64,000 nucleotides of DNA. Source: a virus. Shown piece by piece: positions 29,601-39,730 of the stretch (positions within the stretch are counted from its first letter, which is position 1; every line of letters starts with the position of its first letter). Below the pieces are notes generated by a model, which searched no databases, was not told the origin of the DNA, and was given only the letters and a program-made list of their open reading frames with translations. The stretch lies in UHGV virus genome UHGV-0018639. The stretch is one strand, 5' to 3'. Position numbers and translations under genes: made by a program.

Positions 29601-30863
29601 AATTATAAAACTCGTTTTGAAGATATGTTCCAGCGCATTAGTGCGACAACGACTTCTCTTCAATATCAGTCTGGCAGCTATGCTCGTGCGGCCAATGCTG
29701 TTACAAAAACTGGCGAAATAAAAGCGGAAACACTTCAGCAAAGTTTTGCTAATAACGCTTTTACACTTGCTAATGCGGGTGATCAGACTGTTTTGTGGAA
29801 TGAAAATGGTATTACAATTTCAAGCCCACGTACACCAAATCAAATTGTTCGTATTATAAATGGTGGTATTTACTTAACCAAAGATAGTGGTACAACTTGG
29901 AGTGCGGCGATTACAGGGGCAGGAATTAATGCATCTTATATAAATGCTGGACAGATTGATACTAATGTTATTCGTATAATGAATGGTGCATTTCCAACTT
30001 ATAAGTGGGATGGAAACGGATTAAGCGCATATTGGTTTTCTCAGAATTCTGATGGCTCGATTGGTTCAATTAATTATGGCAAGTTTGTACGATTTGATCA
30101 ATATGGTATTTACGGTATGTTGGCCAATGATGAAAACTGGATTGCCGCGAATTTGAATGATGTAAAAACTAAAGCTAAATTTGGTTTGACTTGGGATGGC
30201 TTCTTTCTTAAGAATGGAAATGATTCTGGTCAAATTGAAATTAGTAGCGATAAAGATATCACAGTTAGCGCTGGTGGATATGACCGCATAAAGATTGGTA
30301 AGATTGGTGATGAAAATTATGGTTTATCAATAAATGATGCAACTGGCGCGCAGGTATTAGCAACAGAAAGCGACGGCTCTTTATGGCTAAAAAACAAACT
30401 TTCTGTTTCAACCTCTCTTGAAGGAAAAACTGTTCAGATTGGATATCTTAATGATATTGATGAAAAGCACGGGCATCAGGTCATTAATGCGACAGATAAT
30501 TTTATTGTTTATGAGGATGGACACTTATTAGCAAAGAGCGGTGAGTTTACTGGAACTATAAATGCGACAGGCGGGAAAATTGGTAACTTAACAATAGAAG
30601 AGCTTGAAAATTCAGGCTATACTATTTTAATTACCAGTGACAAAGGTACTGTTTTTAAAAATGATTATCCAGAAGTAATAAATCTTACCTGTGAAGTATA
30701 TAAAGGCGGAGAAAAAATCAATAACTCTCTTGCATATACTATTACATATCAATGGCAAAAAAACCATATTGATATATTGGATGCAAATCAAATGACTTAT
30801 GAGGTAAAGGATGAAGATGTTACAATAACAGCAATCTATACCTGTGTTGTAAACATTACATAA
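26694..30863 (+). CDS. tail-associated lysin/Tal-like baseplate protein (prophage tail endopeptidase-like N-terminal domain), 1389 aa
   Basis: ORF 26664..30863. The ATG at 26694 follows the RBS aaggagg. The N-terminal region resembles the siphovirus Tal family. The position follows Dit. Confidence 0.55.
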   Translation: MLLREYEISVWEDILSDDKTTYNEYPIAVIGSNTMTSDCAAQDAHFNKKTTGEYTLSFILYTQYFDKTEGIFVDNPFIKLLVNERKIKLHYKDQWYDFVIKSIVEDSDGKSYTYTAQALFINELSKNGLDIVFSIEKENSIGNITTLAAEALKGTDWKVSDESDLLRQTIIEPLYVLTTTSVITAKNLLNRNASSVSIPAGSIIYGFYSCVINKDPFFQFLYRDDGAYTIDTDTGAITNSTNWYIDNVSYSNSEGTPSFCKNEKAISIDYRGKKYIRSTTNFYDSKVDEYITVYEDAAGEEIRGFTKTEYLSPTFTQNLVTNSSNFESTTGWDKEGSSYVRSLFHPPLVDSDGNDLKGQDLINALATSKLTLQFDLQSGERFHNSGLVDNRKLFVKNGIASDERYVLRIKLSKDSTAISHLKGFVAFYDGMTTDGKYNIQKNGSTELHIFDFSFIGSTVDSDGYYIQSASANQSVTYQQMLTGTLGLFFQTDIAGTYIFEQIDFFKYYSQDGKILYPESVPSAEAQTVYYYYSPSKNINATSSDEIKYEYVGASPCINYVVKYDENCEKRRSYETEKTNRFNILQDLAELFECWADFVIEHNEDGSVKKDANGVPQKYVIFRNYIGVENFAGFRYGINLQSIERTVDSDQICSKIVVEDNDNEFATDGYCSISRAVDNPTGELFFYDFRHYYTQGLLNYNELMNDLYLEVDPWLGYYVKMKHINQNRQALLEEASAIANSMNNLSASSQTYYLIYTEASTQLNDKKQELANYPPAKGYKYEDFIKNPVTDKYVISLIEHDPEIIGIITTIAVLERQVEQNKKFYDTYKEAYDVAQARYKEIQENLESSKAQKEALNKKFYEKYSRFIQEGSWTSEDYLDDNLYYYDAAATLAESANPQITYSISVIDIGSLDGFESYTFNPGDKTYIEDTEFFGYVYIDGVKTPVQEEIVVSEIDVVLNDPSQDTITVQNYKTRFEDMFQRISATTTSLQYQSGSYARAANAVTKTGEIKAETLQQSFANNAFTLANAGDQTVLWNENGITISSPRTPNQIVRIINGGIYLTKDSGTTWSAAITGAGINASYINAGQIDTNVIRIMNGAFPTYKWDGNGLSAYWFSQNSDGSIGSINYGKFVRFDQYGIYGMLANDENWIAANLNDVKTKAKFGLTWDGFFLKNGNDSGQIEISSDKDITVSAGGYDRIKIGKIGDENYGLSINDATGAQVLATESDGSLWLKNKLSVSTSLEGKTVQIGYLNDIDEKHGHQVINATDNFIVYEDGHLLAKSGEFTGTINATGGKIGNLTIEELENSGYTILITSDKGTVFKNDYPEVINLTCEVYKGGEKINNSLAYTITYQWQKNHIDILDANQMTYEVKDEDVTITAIYTCVVNIT

Positions 30864-30875
30864 GGAGGTAAAGAG

Positions 30876-33644
30876 ATGCCAAACTATTCCGGCTCAATTA
30901 CACTGTCAAAAATATTTGATGGGCAACCGGGCGCAGATGGCAATTCTTACAATCTTGTTTTCAATAAGCAGAAAGTTATAAAATATAAGGTTAAAGATGG
31001 GAGCAATAACTACTTTACACGTTTTGCTCCCTCTCGCCTGATTTTTTATGCCACAAAACGAGATGGTAATAATACGCCCGCGAAATTGAGCGATGATGAT
31101 TACGATTTTACTTTTGCAATGCTTGATATGCTCGGTTCTGACGACACCAGTTCTTTGGAAGAATTAGATAAAACAAGCCCCTATTTTCAAGCTTTTAAGC
31201 CCTTTCTTTTCTATGATAATGATGATTCTTCAGTTCCTGCGAACTGGATTTTTGAAATACAACAATTCTGGGATATATATATTCTGAGTTCTAATGACTC
31301 TGATTACAAAATAATTGTAAAATATGCTACAACAAATGGCGGGACACCACAAGATTGGAGTGCCATTAATTCTGGCCCGATTTATGCAGGTGTTTATTTT
31401 CCACAGAAGATTTTAGATGGAGGCGAAACTCAATATTCTATCCCATCTAATGCATCTGATTATCATTGGTATTTACTTGGAAATAAAACGGCTGGGCAAG
31501 ATGATCCAACTGATACAATAAGTAGTGGTATTAAACAGCTTCTTCAAAAACTTGGCCGCATAATGGGGCAAGATGATGCAATTTATATTTTTAAGCTGAA
31601 AAGTCCCGAAGCGACACCGCAAGAATGGGGTACATTTCCTCTAATACAACAATGGGCAACTACTGAAAGCCTTGCATCTTTCGCGCTCAATGCAGATAGT
31701 ATCAATATGGCTGTAGATAACACAAAGCTTCGTTTCGATAGCAATGGGTTACACGTTGTAAATGGTGGTTTTGATATTACAAGAGTTTATGAGGACGGCC
31801 GTGAGTCAGAAAAAGTTTTCTGGGTAGACGACAATGATGATGGTGATTTGCATATCAAAGGTCGTTTAGAAGCAGCAACTGGCACTTTTGCAGGTGAACT
31901 CACTGCAGCAACTGGCTCATTTTCGGGTGAATTGAAAGCAGCAACTGGTTCTTTTTCTGGTAATCTTGATGCGGCAGGTGGTACATTTTCTGGTATTTTG
32001 GCAGCTGTAACTGGCACTTTCAAAGAAGGCTACATTCAGAAGGCTATAATTGGTAATGAAAATAGTAATTATATTTTATTAAGTGATACAGATGGAATCA
32101 TTCATCACGATGCAGGAAATGAAAACATTAGCAATTTTTCAATTTCTCTTGATGGTTCTGTAATTGCAAAACGTATAACTCTCGATGAAGGTCGCATAGG
32201 TGATTTGACGTTCAATAACTCCACAATTCGTGGTGGTGATTCTTGGTATATTAATTCAACTGATGCTGTATTTAATAATATAACAGCCGCTGGTAAAATT
32301 ACAACAGCGATTTTTGAGCAACAAAAACTTCAGTTGTGTGGTGGTACTTTCTTATTTAAAGATGCCTACCGAATTAATGATATTGAGGTTCAAATAGGAG
32401 CAACTTCATTTATTCCTGTTTTCCGCGATTCAATTCAACCTAGCTCTACTAATCTATACATGGTTACAAATGAGAATCGATCTGCGCAATTTTATGCTAG
32501 CCCAGCTGAGAATGGAGTTTGGACTATTTATGGCAGTGCTCAATATGGTATTTATAATTTAGTTCTTAATTTAGGAGCTATAAATAATGGGAAAACTGAT
32601 GACTGGCTTATTGCAATAAATTCAACGGCTACTGACTTAACGGCATCAGGATTACCACAGAATAGTGTGAGTTTGTCTTGTCTTGAGGCTGATAATGAAT
32701 CTTATAAAATTGTTCCTAAAATAATCTTAGGCAAGATTCCTGCACGAACAATTTCTACAACAATTCAACAAGATACTTATGGACTTTATGCTGAAAGCGC
32801 CTATCTTACTGGCACACTTACTACACAATATTCAGCAGATGGTGGAGTCGGTTATGCTGGTGTTAATACACTAAATGGCGCACGCTTCAATAAAAAAGTT
32901 TCTGGACTGAAAGATGATAATAGTCGTATTGTATTTTGGGCTGGATCAAATGGTTTGACAGACGCGGCGATTCAAAATTCAGTTTTTCAAGTTTCTGAAA
33001 ATGGTACGCTCTATGCAAGTCAGGGCTACTTTGAAGGTTCTATTCTGAGTAAAGCAACAATTGAAGCTTCAACGCTTCGCACAGTTAAAATTGAAGGCGC
33101 AGGAACAGGTCCCGCGCTATCAATTAGTGATTGCCAGACGGGTATTGTTTTTACAGGAACAAAAAATGGTATCGGACAAAATATTTTTTCTTTAACAAAT
33201 AATGGAATTGAGTCATCTGTTCCTTTAACTTTTACAGGAACAACAGGCTTCAATATTATAAATGCTCGTGCGTCGATGGATAGACTGATAATTGTAGATA
33301 ATCAAAATCAGTCTGGTACGATTGTCATAAATCCACTTTCACTTGACTTTTATAATCAATATAAGAGTGATAGTGCGCTGGCTAATGATTATACTCACGG
33401 AGATTATCATTTACAAGTTAGCTCTGATGGTCTTGCAATTTATGATACTGAAAAGCGAGTAAATTTTGATAAGGATAAAACGAGCATCTATTCTGGATTG
33501 GATATACAAGATAATCTTTCTTTTGGCAATATTGATAAAGAAGAATACACTGCACAGTATCGTAAAGTTGCTGAAGCAGATTCTAATGGGAAGAATTATC
33601 TAATTGGATTAGACCTTTATATTTCTAAAATAGAGGTTGGGTAA
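30876..33644 (+). CDS. tail fibre / receptor-binding protein with tandem AATG(S/T)F(S/A)GxL repeats
   Basis: 922 aa. There are five consecutive ~11-aa repeats (nt ~31866-32030) and C-terminal beta-rich domains. Confidence 0.55.
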   Translation: MPNYSGSITLSKIFDGQPGADGNSYNLVFNKQKVIKYKVKDGSNNYFTRFAPSRLIFYATKRDGNNTPAKLSDDDYDFTFAMLDMLGSDDTSSLEELDKTSPYFQAFKPFLFYDNDDSSVPANWIFEIQQFWDIYILSSNDSDYKIIVKYATTNGGTPQDWSAINSGPIYAGVYFPQKILDGGETQYSIPSNASDYHWYLLGNKTAGQDDPTDTISSGIKQLLQKLGRIMGQDDAIYIFKLKSPEATPQEWGTFPLIQQWATTESLASFALNADSINMAVDNTKLRFDSNGLHVVNGGFDITRVYEDGRESEKVFWVDDNDDGDLHIKGRLEAATGTFAGELTAATGSFSGELKAATGSFSGNLDAAGGTFSGILAAVTGTFKEGYIQKAIIGNENSNYILLSDTDGIIHHDAGNENISNFSISLDGSVIAKRITLDEGRIGDLTFNNSTIRGGDSWYINSTDAVFNNITAAGKITTAIFEQQKLQLCGGTFLFKDAYRINDIEVQIGATSFIPVFRDSIQPSSTNLYMVTNENRSAQFYASPAENGVWTIYGSAQYGIYNLVLNLGAINNGKTDDWLIAINSTATDLTASGLPQNSVSLSCLEADNESYKIVPKIILGKIPARTISTTIQQDTYGLYAESAYLTGTLTTQYSADGGVGYAGVNTLNGARFNKKVSGLKDDNSRIVFWAGSNGLTDAAIQNSVFQVSENGTLYASQGYFEGSILSKATIEASTLRTVKIEGAGTGPALSISDCQTGIVFTGTKNGIGQNIFSLTNNGIESSVPLTFTGTTGFNIINARASMDRLIIVDNQNQSGTIVINPLSLDFYNQYKSDSALANDYTHGDYHLQVSSDGLAIYDTEKRVNFDKDKTSIYSGLDIQDNLSFGNIDKEEYTAQYRKVAEADSNGKNYLIGLDLYISKIEVG

Positions 33645-33655
33645 AGGAGGCAAAT

Positions 33656-36600
33656 ATGGCGCAAATACATTATAATTGTCTCGTTCCGGGCTGGACAGCA
33701 GATCAATGGAATGGGCAAGTAAATATAGGTTTTGAGCTTTCTTATAATAAAAACACAAATGAAACCACTGTAATTTTTACCGCTAATGAATGTTATCACA
33801 AGTATTTTGGTATTAATGGATGGGGTACTGAAGCCACCACTAATATCACAATTTATGCAACTGATAACACAGGTGATAAAAAAACTGGCTGGTTTTATAC
33901 TTACGGATATACTGATGGTGGAACAAAACAATTCAATGCAACACCAAGTAATATTGTTGTAAAGCACTCAAATGCAATCGGTGCAAAAAGTATCATTATT
34001 GAAACTTCGACTACAATAAAGGTGTATTTGAAAAAAGGTGTCCAATCAACTGGCACTGGTACTTATTCTGAAGCAGTTGCTTTACCAGCATCTCCAGTCA
34101 GCGTGCCGACTAGTTTTATGACCTCTGCGCAATCAATAATCATTCCGACTGGCTCAATTCCTTTGAGCTGGTCGGGTGCAACGGCTGGTATAAATAATGC
34201 AATAAAAGGTTATCACCTTTTCTGGAAAGTCGGCGGCGCACCAACAGCTAGTTCATATACAGATAAAATTGATGTTTCAAGTGCATCTTATACTATTAAA
34301 CTAAACTTGGGAGATAATCAACGAGGGCAAACGGTCTATACAGCAATTCAGACTTATGGTGAGATGGGGGTCAATTATGATTCTGACTTATTGGCTGGCC
34401 CTTCTGTTAAAATAAACTCACGACCAGCCGCGCCGGCCCTTTCGGCAACAAATGCAACATTGCCGTCAACAGTGGGTGCTTATAAGGTAAAAGTTGTGGC
34501 TGGTAAGGATAATGATCTATCACAAACTATTCAAGTAAGGCAAGGAGACGATGGCGAAGCGCAGGCAAGTGGAACGCAGTTCTCTTTTAATGGCGCTGGC
34601 ACTTTTACATTCTACTCTTTTGATGGATTAGAAAATTCAGCTACTGGAACCTCTATTACTATTATTCGTAATTCTAAGCCTGAAGTTGGCTCAATAAATA
34701 CGACTTTCTCAGCATCAATAAATACAAATGATAAGACTTTTTCAACAGCTCAACTCAAAAACGCAGATTCAAAAAAGCTAACTGCGGCGCAATGGTATAT
34801 ACGTTCAGCGGCAACTTCCGCTGAAATTTCAAGCGCAGCCGCGAGACAAATTACAACTGGCACAATTACAAACTCGTCAAGCGATGATAGCTCAAGTTGT
34901 ACTTTGATTATCAATCCATTAGCTTCTACTCCAATTGTTAATCCCGGCTACTACTATCAGATTGGCGTTCAACTCAAAGATGAGTATGAGTATAGTGATA
35001 TTGCTTGGTCAAGTAATATAAAGCAAATTTATGGCCAGCTTTCACTTACTTTGAATTCTATAACCGCTACTCATTTTGAAACAGGAATATCAGCGGCTTA
35101 TGCGTCTTATTATCGTATACCAAAAATAAATTTAAGCTGGAAATCGCCTGCTACTTTTCCAACTGGTCTTTCATCTTTATGGTATTCAATTTTCTATTCA
35201 ATAGATGCAGGTAATTCTTGGAAACAATGGAATAGTGGTATCCAATCACTTACTGCTAATACAACTTATACTCCAACAATTGATTTTTCAAGTGTAGGCC
35301 GTGGTGACTTTTTAGCAAAAATTGTTTTGTATGATAAGAAAGATGGCAGCAACCAGCAACTTGAGACTTCTATGTCAAACAAATTGTATTATTCACCAGA
35401 TCCGCAATGGATGGCTGGTTCAACCCCAACATTGGCCTATACAATAGAAGCGGACGACAACCGCACTTGTGTCCGTCCAAATTATAGTTCAAAAGGAACC
35501 AATGCGCTTACTTTATCTATTCCTTATCCGAGTACGATTAATACACTACTTCAAACTAATAAGGCTGACTTACAATATGCAATATATCTTTATCAAGATG
35601 GTAAAGATGTAAGTGCTGAAGTTCAAAGCAAGCAAAAAATTACGATAGGCGATAGTGCTGCAACAGAGACTGGCCCACTAAAACTTAATGTTGCTTACAG
35701 CAAGTTAACAAATCTTTATTCAACTTTTTTTGATAGCGATAAAACAAAATGGATTGGCCCTTATAATATGTCCATTATGGTGCGATTCTTTGATGCTTTT
35801 GAGGAATCAATTGATACGCCTAAAATGAGTTTTGTTTTAGACTTTCGTGAGAAACCAAAAAAAATTGAAACTTTAAAAATAGGTCGTGATGGCGTTCTGT
35901 CAAATAATTATGCCGCAGTAGCCGCAAAACGAAGCGCTAATACTGTAATTTTTCCGACTAGCTCTATTGACGCTGAAAAATCAATTTTAGTCGGTGAACA
36001 TTTAATAATTGCTTTTCAGAAGCCAGCCCTAAGCTATGAAGCACAAACAATTGGGCAATATATATTTACACTTTATAATAGTGAGCATAGTGCAATTTAT
36101 ACATATAGAACAGCCGATATTATTTCAGCTTCAATATATGGTGAGTCATCACTAAACTGCGTAGTAATTCCCGCGGCTGATTTTCTCAGTACAGCAACTA
36201 CTTTTTATGCAACAATTCGTCAGCAAGATAGTCAATCTTATAATGATAACATTAGTATCGAAAGCGATGGAAGTAATTCATTATGTGGTGGCTCATTAGA
36301 ACAACCAATAATCAATTTTGAAATGCCGGAACTATCTGTAAGTGGTGGTTCAATGAACATAACTGTCACTAAGAAGACGGCTTCTTTGAGTTGGAGCGGA
36401 ATTCAAGCAAAATATAATTCCTATTTGCGTACTATGGTATATGATGACATATCTTATAGCCCGCTTTGTAATTTATTTTTACAAATAAGTGAAAATAATG
36501 ATTTTAGTTCATCTTTTGAACTTCCATTGGCTAGTTACTCAAGCACTAATAAAACCTATAAGCTGGAAGCAAATGAATTTTCAAAAACTCTGAGTGATTT

Positions 36601-36967
36601 GACTGGCAACTGCTTTGTTCGTATTGGCGTTATTTATAATACTGGTTTAAAGCTCGATTCAAGTGGCAGTATTGTTGCTAATCAAATTACACTTTATTCA
36701 ACTCCTAAGATATTTTTTAGTGAAGCTCCAACTGTAAGTTATCGTCAAAATCAAATTGGTGTAAATGGTATCCCTGATGCTAATACCGCTTTCAAAGTAT
36801 CAATAACTCAAAACAATTATCTTGTAACGCTTGAAGGCTATAATGTAGCTGACCCTACAATAATCCATTCTATCACATTTGACCTATGTAATGGAAAAAT
36901 AATTTCTACTAATTTTATGGCGACACAAGATGAAATTGACCAGATTTGTAATGGCACTTATATTTAA
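33656..36967 (+). CDS. large tail fibre / host-specificity protein (Ig/FN3-like repeats likely)
   Basis: 1103 aa, Ser/Thr/Asn-rich beta-type sequence. Its position is at the end of the tail module. Confidence 0.5.
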   Translation: MAQIHYNCLVPGWTADQWNGQVNIGFELSYNKNTNETTVIFTANECYHKYFGINGWGTEATTNITIYATDNTGDKKTGWFYTYGYTDGGTKQFNATPSNIVVKHSNAIGAKSIIIETSTTIKVYLKKGVQSTGTGTYSEAVALPASPVSVPTSFMTSAQSIIIPTGSIPLSWSGATAGINNAIKGYHLFWKVGGAPTASSYTDKIDVSSASYTIKLNLGDNQRGQTVYTAIQTYGEMGVNYDSDLLAGPSVKINSRPAAPALSATNATLPSTVGAYKVKVVAGKDNDLSQTIQVRQGDDGEAQASGTQFSFNGAGTFTFYSFDGLENSATGTSITIIRNSKPEVGSINTTFSASINTNDKTFSTAQLKNADSKKLTAAQWYIRSAATSAEISSAAARQITTGTITNSSSDDSSSCTLIINPLASTPIVNPGYYYQIGVQLKDEYEYSDIAWSSNIKQIYGQLSLTLNSITATHFETGISAAYASYYRIPKINLSWKSPATFPTGLSSLWYSIFYSIDAGNSWKQWNSGIQSLTANTTYTPTIDFSSVGRGDFLAKIVLYDKKDGSNQQLETSMSNKLYYSPDPQWMAGSTPTLAYTIEADDNRTCVRPNYSSKGTNALTLSIPYPSTINTLLQTNKADLQYAIYLYQDGKDVSAEVQSKQKITIGDSAATETGPLKLNVAYSKLTNLYSTFFDSDKTKWIGPYNMSIMVRFFDAFEESIDTPKMSFVLDFREKPKKIETLKIGRDGVLSNNYAAVAAKRSANTVIFPTSSIDAEKSILVGEHLIIAFQKPALSYEAQTIGQYIFTLYNSEHSAIYTYRTADIISASIYGESSLNCVVIPAADFLSTATTFYATIRQQDSQSYNDNISIESDGSNSLCGGSLEQPIINFEMPELSVSGGSMNITVTKKTASLSWSGIQAKYNSYLRTMVYDDISYSPLCNLFLQISENNDFSSSFELPLASYSSTNKTYKLEANEFSKTLSDLTGNCFVRIGVIYNTGLKLDSSGSIVANQITLYSTPKIFFSEAPTVSYRQNQIGVNGIPDANTAFKVSITQNNYLVTLEGYNVADPTIIHSITFDLCNGKIISTNFMATQDEIDQICNGTYI

Positions 36968-37045
36968 TGCACGTGAACTACTAAAATTTGATTTTTCCTT
37001 CAATTTATGTTATACTATTTATATATAAAGTAAAGGAGGATTAGT

Positions 37046-37426
37046 ATGCAGCTAGCCGAAGTAATACAATTTCAAACTGTATATAACACACTTGCTGAAG
37101 CAAAGCTTCCATTCAAGGTGGCTTATAAACTGAACAAGTTATACGAAGAAGCTCAAAAAGAAGCTGAGTGGTACAATAAAGAATTTAATTCAATCTTGAA
37201 TGAATATGGAATGAGAGACGAGAGCGGCAATTTCATTCATACCACTGATGGCCTTGCAATAAAAATACAAGAGGGTCGTGAAAGTGAGTGCCAAGCAAAG
37301 GTTCAAGAACTCGCGCAAGTTGATATAGAACTGAAATCTCCAAAACTTACAATGGATGATCTTTCAGCAATAGATGCTGAACTAACTGTGCGTGAGGTTG
37401 CAATTTTGATGAATTTCATAGAATAA
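37046..37426 (+). CDS. hypothetical protein
   Basis: ORF track 126 aa with RBS aaaggagg. Confidence 0.5.
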   Translation: MQLAEVIQFQTVYNTLAEAKLPFKVAYKLNKLYEEAQKEAEWYNKEFNSILNEYGMRDESGNFIHTTDGLAIKIQEGRESECQAKVQELAQVDIELKSPKLTMDDLSAIDAELTVREVAILMNFIE

Positions 37427-37434
37427 CAAAAAGT

Positions 37435-37476
37435 CCCGAAGAGGCATAATGCTTCTTCGGGATTTGTGCATTTTGT
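37435..37476 (+). terminator. putative rho-independent terminator
   Basis: Hairpin cccgaagaggc-ataat-gcttcttcggg (one mismatch), then a T-rich tail. Confidence 0.5.
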
Positions 37477-37592
37477 TCAATTTATTCTGAGATAATTAAG
37501 TAAATTGCTGAATTTCTTTTACGCTTACCAATAAAATGTCTAATAAGTCCACTAGTGCTACTTCCATATGAAGAAACAAAGGAGGTAGTAAA

Positions 37593-37940
37593 ATGAATCC
37601 TTTTCAAACCAATACCGTGCAGCCACAAAATAGATTTACGCCATCTATGTTTATGACGCCGCAAGGTAATGTTTATGTCATTGATAGTCCACTTGAAGTA
37701 GCCAATGTTCCTATGGGGACGGGTTTATCTGTCGCAATTTGTCCTAATGAAAGTCTTATGTATCTCAAGATGTATCAAAATGGTGCGCCATCAATTACGG
37801 CTTATAAACTCGCTCCCTATGAACAGCCAACTGGCAATAGTAATTTAGACAAAGTTCTACAAAACATAACTGATAGACTTGACAAAATTGAAAAATCTCT
37901 TTTACCTAAAAAGGAGGAAAAAATAAATGACCTTCTCTAA
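37593..37940 (+). CDS. hypothetical protein
   Basis: ORF track 115 aa with RBS aaaggagg. Confidence 0.5.
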   Translation: MNPFQTNTVQPQNRFTPSMFMTPQGNVYVIDSPLEVANVPMGTGLSVAICPNESLMYLKMYQNGAPSITAYKLAPYEQPTGNSNLDKVLQNITDRLDKIEKSLLPKKEEKINDLL

Positions 37941-38166
37941 CCCTTTACAAGCACTTATGCAGATGGGAAGAGGCCCAATGATGAACGCTCTTCCCAATAT
38001 ATCAAAACCAGCTCAAAATCCACCGATAAATATACAACAATTGAAGCAAGCACTCCCGCAACTCACTAAAGAAAATTATGTGCAATTGGTTTCTCAGGCC
38101 CGCGCACAAGGAATTAGTGAGCAAGATATTGAATCAGGACTCAACTTTCTTTTACAACTAAATTGA
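37927..38166 (+). CDS. hypothetical protein
   Basis: ORF track 79 aa, overlaps the upstream gene. Confidence 0.45.
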   Translation: MTFSNPLQALMQMGRGPMMNALPNISKPAQNPPINIQQLKQALPQLTKENYVQLVSQARAQGISEQDIESGLNFLLQLN

Positions 38167-38220
38167 TTTACGTCCGGGGTAAGTCAATTTATATTATAAA
38201 TTTTTAGGAGGTTTTTTGTA

Positions 38221-38919
38221 ATGAACGAAGGACTTAGCGCTGGCGATATTCTCGCTTTGACACGTGATAATGATGATGGTATGAATAATGCTTGGAATAA
38301 CCCTTTTATTTATCTTGTTTGGCTGGCATTGTTAGGTGGTAATGGCGGACTCTTTGGCCGTCGTGACGACTGTGCAACGCAAGGTGCAATAACTCGTTCC
38401 GACTTGTTCGAAGGTTTCAGCAATCAAGATGTAAATGGCCAACTTCGCGGTATTACTAATGGTATATGTGATGGCTTCTATGCTATTAATAGTGGAATGA
38501 AAGACGGCTTCTATGGTAATCAAGCCGTAATCAAAGATGGCTTTTATTCCACTCAAGGCGCACTTGCTGAGAATAGGTTTCAACAGCAACAGTGCTGCTG
38601 CGAACTCAAGGGTGAAATTAAAAACATCGCAACCGAAGGCTATCGCAATACCTGCGAAATCACTACCGCAATTCATAATGAAGGCGAAGCAACTCGCGCT
38701 CTCATAAATGCTAATACAATGCAAGAACTCCGTGATAAGCTTGCTGATAAAGATAGAGATTTGCTTTATGCAAACTTCCAGAACTCTCAGCAGCTCCAGA
38801 ACGCATATTTAGTTGATACTTTGCGTCCAGTTAGCAGACCTGCATATATCACTTGCAGTCCATATCAATCTGTCAACTCTTGTGGCACATCCAGCTGCGG
38901 CTGTGGCTATGGCATTTGA
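38221..38919 (+). CDS. membrane-anchored cysteine-rich protein (one N-terminal TM segment NPFIYLVWLALLGGNGGLFG; C-terminus ..SCGTSSCGCGYGI); holin-like/lysis-associated or surface protein, unknown
   Basis: ORF track 232 aa with RBS aggagg. It has a hydrophobic Gly-rich helix and a CCC/CGCG cysteine cluster. Confidence 0.45.
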   Translation: MNEGLSAGDILALTRDNDDGMNNAWNNPFIYLVWLALLGGNGGLFGRRDDCATQGAITRSDLFEGFSNQDVNGQLRGITNGICDGFYAINSGMKDGFYGNQAVIKDGFYSTQGALAENRFQQQQCCCELKGEIKNIATEGYRNTCEITTAIHNEGEATRALINANTMQELRDKLADKDRDLLYANFQNSQQLQNAYLVDTLRPVSRPAYITCSPYQSVNSCGTSSCGCGYGI

Positions 38920-38963
38920 GCCAACTCACCGTGAGTACATATCCGTATCAGGGGTGAAACTAA

Positions 38964-39380
38964 ATGGTAGATAGTTATAATATTCAATCTCAAACTGTTG
39001 ATGTAAATGGCTTACTTACATTTCCTATCAATTCCATATTGACAGGCTGTACTGTTAGCCATACAGCAGGTAGCACGACATTCTCACTCAATAAGCCCGG
39101 ACTTTATTTTGTCTCCTTTAATGCGGTTGGCACTATATCTGGTGCTACTGCTGGCGCAATAACCGTTCAACTCCAGAATAATGGCACAGCAGTTCCGGGC
39201 GCGCTTAGCTCAGATACATCTGCATCAACAACTGACGTTCGCAATCTTTCTTTCACAAAAGTAATTCGAGTCAATCCATCTTGCTGTGCGGTTAATAATC
39301 AAGCTAATCTGACATTTGTAAATATAGGACTTGGTGCGATTTATACCAATGCTAACGTGGTAATTACCAAATTGGCATAA
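38964..39380 (+). CDS. BclA C-terminal-domain-like (C1q/TNF-like jelly-roll) protein
   Basis: 138 aa with a Thr/Ser/Gly/Asn-rich beta pattern (TFSLNKPGLYFVSFNAVGTISGATAGAITVQLQNNG...NLTFVNIGLGAIYTN). This is reminiscent of Bacillus/Clostridium exosporium BclA C-terminal domains. Recalled family resemblance, not a computed match. Confidence 0.4.
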   Translation: MVDSYNIQSQTVDVNGLLTFPINSILTGCTVSHTAGSTTFSLNKPGLYFVSFNAVGTISGATAGAITVQLQNNGTAVPGALSSDTSASTTDVRNLSFTKVIRVNPSCCAVNNQANLTFVNIGLGAIYTNANVVITKLA

Positions 39381-39389
39381 GGAGGCAAT

Positions 39390-39692
39390 ATGGTAAAATA
39401 TAAAGCGCTTTATAAAGCAATGTATGATGACTTGAAAGATAGTGAAATGATGATTTGTTATGCTAATGAAATTCGTGAAAATAAAGAAGATGCGGCTTTG
39501 GCCGATGTTATAGCCAAATATGCACAATATAGGCTAAATCACTTTATGGAGTTTCATAAGTTGTTTGAAAATGAAGCGTCAAAAGAGCCGCAAGTCAATG
39601 CTGAATCAGTAGCTTATTGTATGTGGGATATAACCCACGAAATGATGATGGACTGGTATGGTTCCATCAAACAAAAAATAGAAAAATTCTAA
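39390..39692 (+). CDS. hypothetical protein
   Basis: ORF track 100 aa with RBS aaggagg. Confidence 0.5.
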   Translation: MVKYKALYKAMYDDLKDSEMMICYANEIRENKEDAALADVIAKYAQYRLNHFMEFHKLFENEASKEPQVNAESVAYCMWDITHEMMMDWYGSIKQKIEKF

Positions 39693-39696
39693 TTTT

Positions 39697-39730
39697 GAGG
39701 GAGGAGCATAATGCTCCTCTCTTTTTATTC
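39697..39730 (+). terminator. terminator hairpin at the junction of convergent + and - strand modules
   Basis: Hairpin gagggaggagca-taa-tgctcctctc followed by tttttatt. The - strand ruvC stop lies inside it. Confidence 0.55.
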
